Of a DNA stretch of 64,000 nt, positions 62,571-64,000 are shown piece after piece. The notes under the pieces were generated by a model. That model searched no databases and was not told where the DNA came from. It saw only the letters and a list, made by a program, of their open reading frames with translations. The stretch is from NCBI GenBank assembly GCA_963835725.1, contig CAWIGM010000003.1, positions 116,487-180,486 on the forward strand. Reading direction: 5' to 3'. The DNA is from an uncultured Acidobacteriaceae bacterium. Lineage in GTDB: Bacteria; Acidobacteriota; Terriglobia; Terriglobales; Acidobacteriaceae. Position numbers and translations under genes: made by a program. The first letter of the stretch is position 1, and each line of letters begins with the position of its first letter.

Positions 62571-63593
62571 ATGCCAGAGGTTCATGCTGGTGTTATGAAG
62601 AAGCTCATCAACTCCCCTCAGGAAGTCGTGCGCGAGGCACTTGAGGGCATGGAGGCAGCGCATGGCGATCGCCTCCGCATCAACTACGAGCCGGTTTTTA
62701 TCGCGCGCAAAGACGCCCCGGTCAAAGGTAAAGTTGGTCTGATCTCCGGCGGAGGCAGCGGCCATGAGCCAATGCACGGCGGCTATGTGGGTAAGGGAAT
62801 GCTCGACGCAGCCTGCCCAGGCGCGGTTTTCACCAGCCCAACACCTGATCAGATGTACGAAGCCAGTAAAGCCGTCGACGGTGGCGCCGGGATCCTTCAC
62901 ATCGTGAAGAACTATACCGGCGACGTAATGAACTTCGATCTTGCGGCTGATATGCTCAAGGCTGACGGGATCGATGTGCAGAGCGTTCTCACCGACGATG
63001 ACGTCGCCGTCGAGAACAGCCTCTACACGGCTGGCCGGCGCGGCGTCGGTTTGACGGTCATCATGGAGAAGTTGCTTGGTGCCGCCGCCGAGCAGAAGAT
63101 GTCCCTCGCCGACATCAAGAAGCTGGGCGACCAGATTCGCAACACCGGCAGAAGCATGGGCATGGCTCTTAACGCCTGTACCGTTCCTCACGCCGGCAAG
63201 CCATCCTTCGATCTGCCCGATGACGAGATCGAAGTCGGGATTGGTATCCACGGAGAGCCCGGACGCCGTCGCGTCAAGATGGCCAGCGCAGACGAGATTA
63301 CCGAGATGCTGATGGAGCCGGTCATTACCGATCTGCCCTTCAAAAAAGGTGATGACGTCCTGCTGTTCGTCAACGGTATGGGCGGCACTCCACTGATCGA
63401 GTTGTACATCATCTATCGCAAGGCGGCGGAGATCGCAAAGCAACACGGTCTTAAGATTGTCCGCAACCTGGTTGGCTCCTACATCACCAGTCTGGAGATG
63501 GCGGGCACCTCGGTAACGCTCCTGAAGATGAACGATCAGCTTTGCAAACTGTGGGATGCTCCCGTTGATACTCCGGCGCTACGCTGGGGCTGA
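62571..63593 (+). CDS. dhaK: Dihydroxyacetone kinase subunit DhaK
   Basis: AAGGAGG SD 7 nt upstream. [20 protein letters not shown] and NYTGDVMNF are DhaK motifs. Confidence 0.9.
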   Translation: MPEVHAGVMKKLINSPQEVVREALEGMEAAHGDRLRINYEPVFIARKDAPVKGKVGLISGGGSGHEPMHGGYVGKGMLDAACPGAVFTSPTPDQMYEASKAVDGGAGILHIVKNYTGDVMNFDLAADMLKADGIDVQSVLTDDDVAVENSLYTAGRRGVGLTVIMEKLLGAAAEQKMSLADIKKLGDQIRNTGRSMGMALNACTVPHAGKPSFDLPDDEIEVGIGIHGEPGRRRVKMASADEITEMLMEPVITDLPFKKGDDVLLFVNGMGGTPLIELYIIYRKAAEIAKQHGLKIVRNLVGSYITSLEMAGTSVTLLKMNDQLCKLWDAPVDTPALRWG

Positions 63594-63609
63594 GACACTC
63601 AGAACTGTC

Positions 63610-64000
63610 ATGGAATATTTGACTCTTGAAAATGCGCGGTCGTGGATCAAAGCGGCCGCGCTTCTTATTTCTGAAAATGCCGCCATGCTCAGCGAACTCG
63701 ATGCCGCTATCGGAGACGGCGACCATGGCGAAAACATGAACCGCGGCTTCAAGGCCATCGAGAAGAAGCTCGAAAGCTCTACGCCTGCCGACTTGCCATC
63801 GTTCTTCAAGCTGGTTGGAATGACGCTGCTGTCGTCGGTTGGCGGCGCCGCCGGCCCACTTTATGGCGGCTTCTTTCTCGCGCTCAGCAAAGCATCAACC
63901 GGCAAGGACAAGCTGAACAAGCAGGAGCTGGGCGAGGTCCTTACGGACGGGCTTGCCGACATTCAAAAACGCGGCAAAGCTCAGCTCGGCGATAAAACCA
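63610..64000 (+). CDS. dhaL: Dihydroxyacetone kinase subunit DhaL (5' part; runs off the window end)
   Basis: LSELDAAIGDGDHGENMNRGF and GGAAGPLYG are DhaL/Dak2 motifs. Confidence 0.85.
   Translation, partial: MEYLTLENARSWIKAAALLISENAAMLSELDAAIGDGDHGENMNRGFKAIEKKLESSTPADLPSFFKLVGMTLLSSVGGAAGPLYGGFFLALSKASTGKDKLNKQELGEVLTDGLADIQKRGKAQLGDKT

Noticed and set aside
60715-63446. Long minus-strand ORFs (60715..61956 of 413 aa and 62490..63446 of 318 aa) antisense to glpK/glpF and dhaK
   Set aside because: The plus-strand genes carry textbook motifs (FGGY, NPA, DhaK) and SD sites. The antisense ORFs have none.

Overview
GC-rich chromosomal segment whose gene content points to Acidobacteriota (Terriglobia-like). 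The clearest marker is a duplicated orphan ADOP/MacB-type permease. The content is mostly core metabolism.

Gene order, left to right:
- M61 peptidase, cut by the window edge.
- Peptidoglycan recycling and lysine genes (mpl, ldcA, dapF).
- A GT-C membrane protein, a PfkB kinase and MTA phosphorylase.
- A minus-strand NADH:quinone oxidoreductase cluster, nuoC-D-H-I-J-K-L-M-N. It is separated from nuoA by about 3 kb holding a Tat-signal metallophosphoesterase and a REP-flanked RAYT (IS200-like) pseudogene. No nuoB or nuoEFG is present.
- A decayed TSUP permease, a DUF1345 protein, a Na+/H+ antiporter, the ADOP permease, an M28 peptidase and a CHASE3-PAS histidine kinase.
- An aldo/keto reductase and a PA-IL-like/LssY_C protein.
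- A 49-codon SmtA/BmtA-type metallothionein that is absent from the ORF track.
- A translationally coupled DUF3300-DUF2950 pair.
- DUF47-PiT phosphate transport, a YbaK-like deacylase and amtB-glnK-glnD.
- A four-gene biotin-dependent transcarboxylase/decarboxylase-like cluster (5S, 12S, OadG-like, biotin carrier).
- pgsA and a DJ-1/PfpI protein.
- A large glycerol regulon: glpABC, plsY, glpP, an OprB porin, glpK, glpF, dhaK and dhaL.

I found no defence island, CRISPR array, rRNA or tRNA.

The most unusual signals are at nucleotide level:
1. Phase-locked heptanucleotide tandem repeats fill every non-overlapping intercistronic spacer of the nuo operon.
2. REP hairpin arrays and RAYT remnants are inserted inside the nuo cluster.
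3. Eight single-base insertion-type (+1) frame breaks are spread over seven otherwise intact-looking genes. An assembly artefact is the first thing to exclude.

All functional calls come from motif and family recognition by eye. No database search was run.
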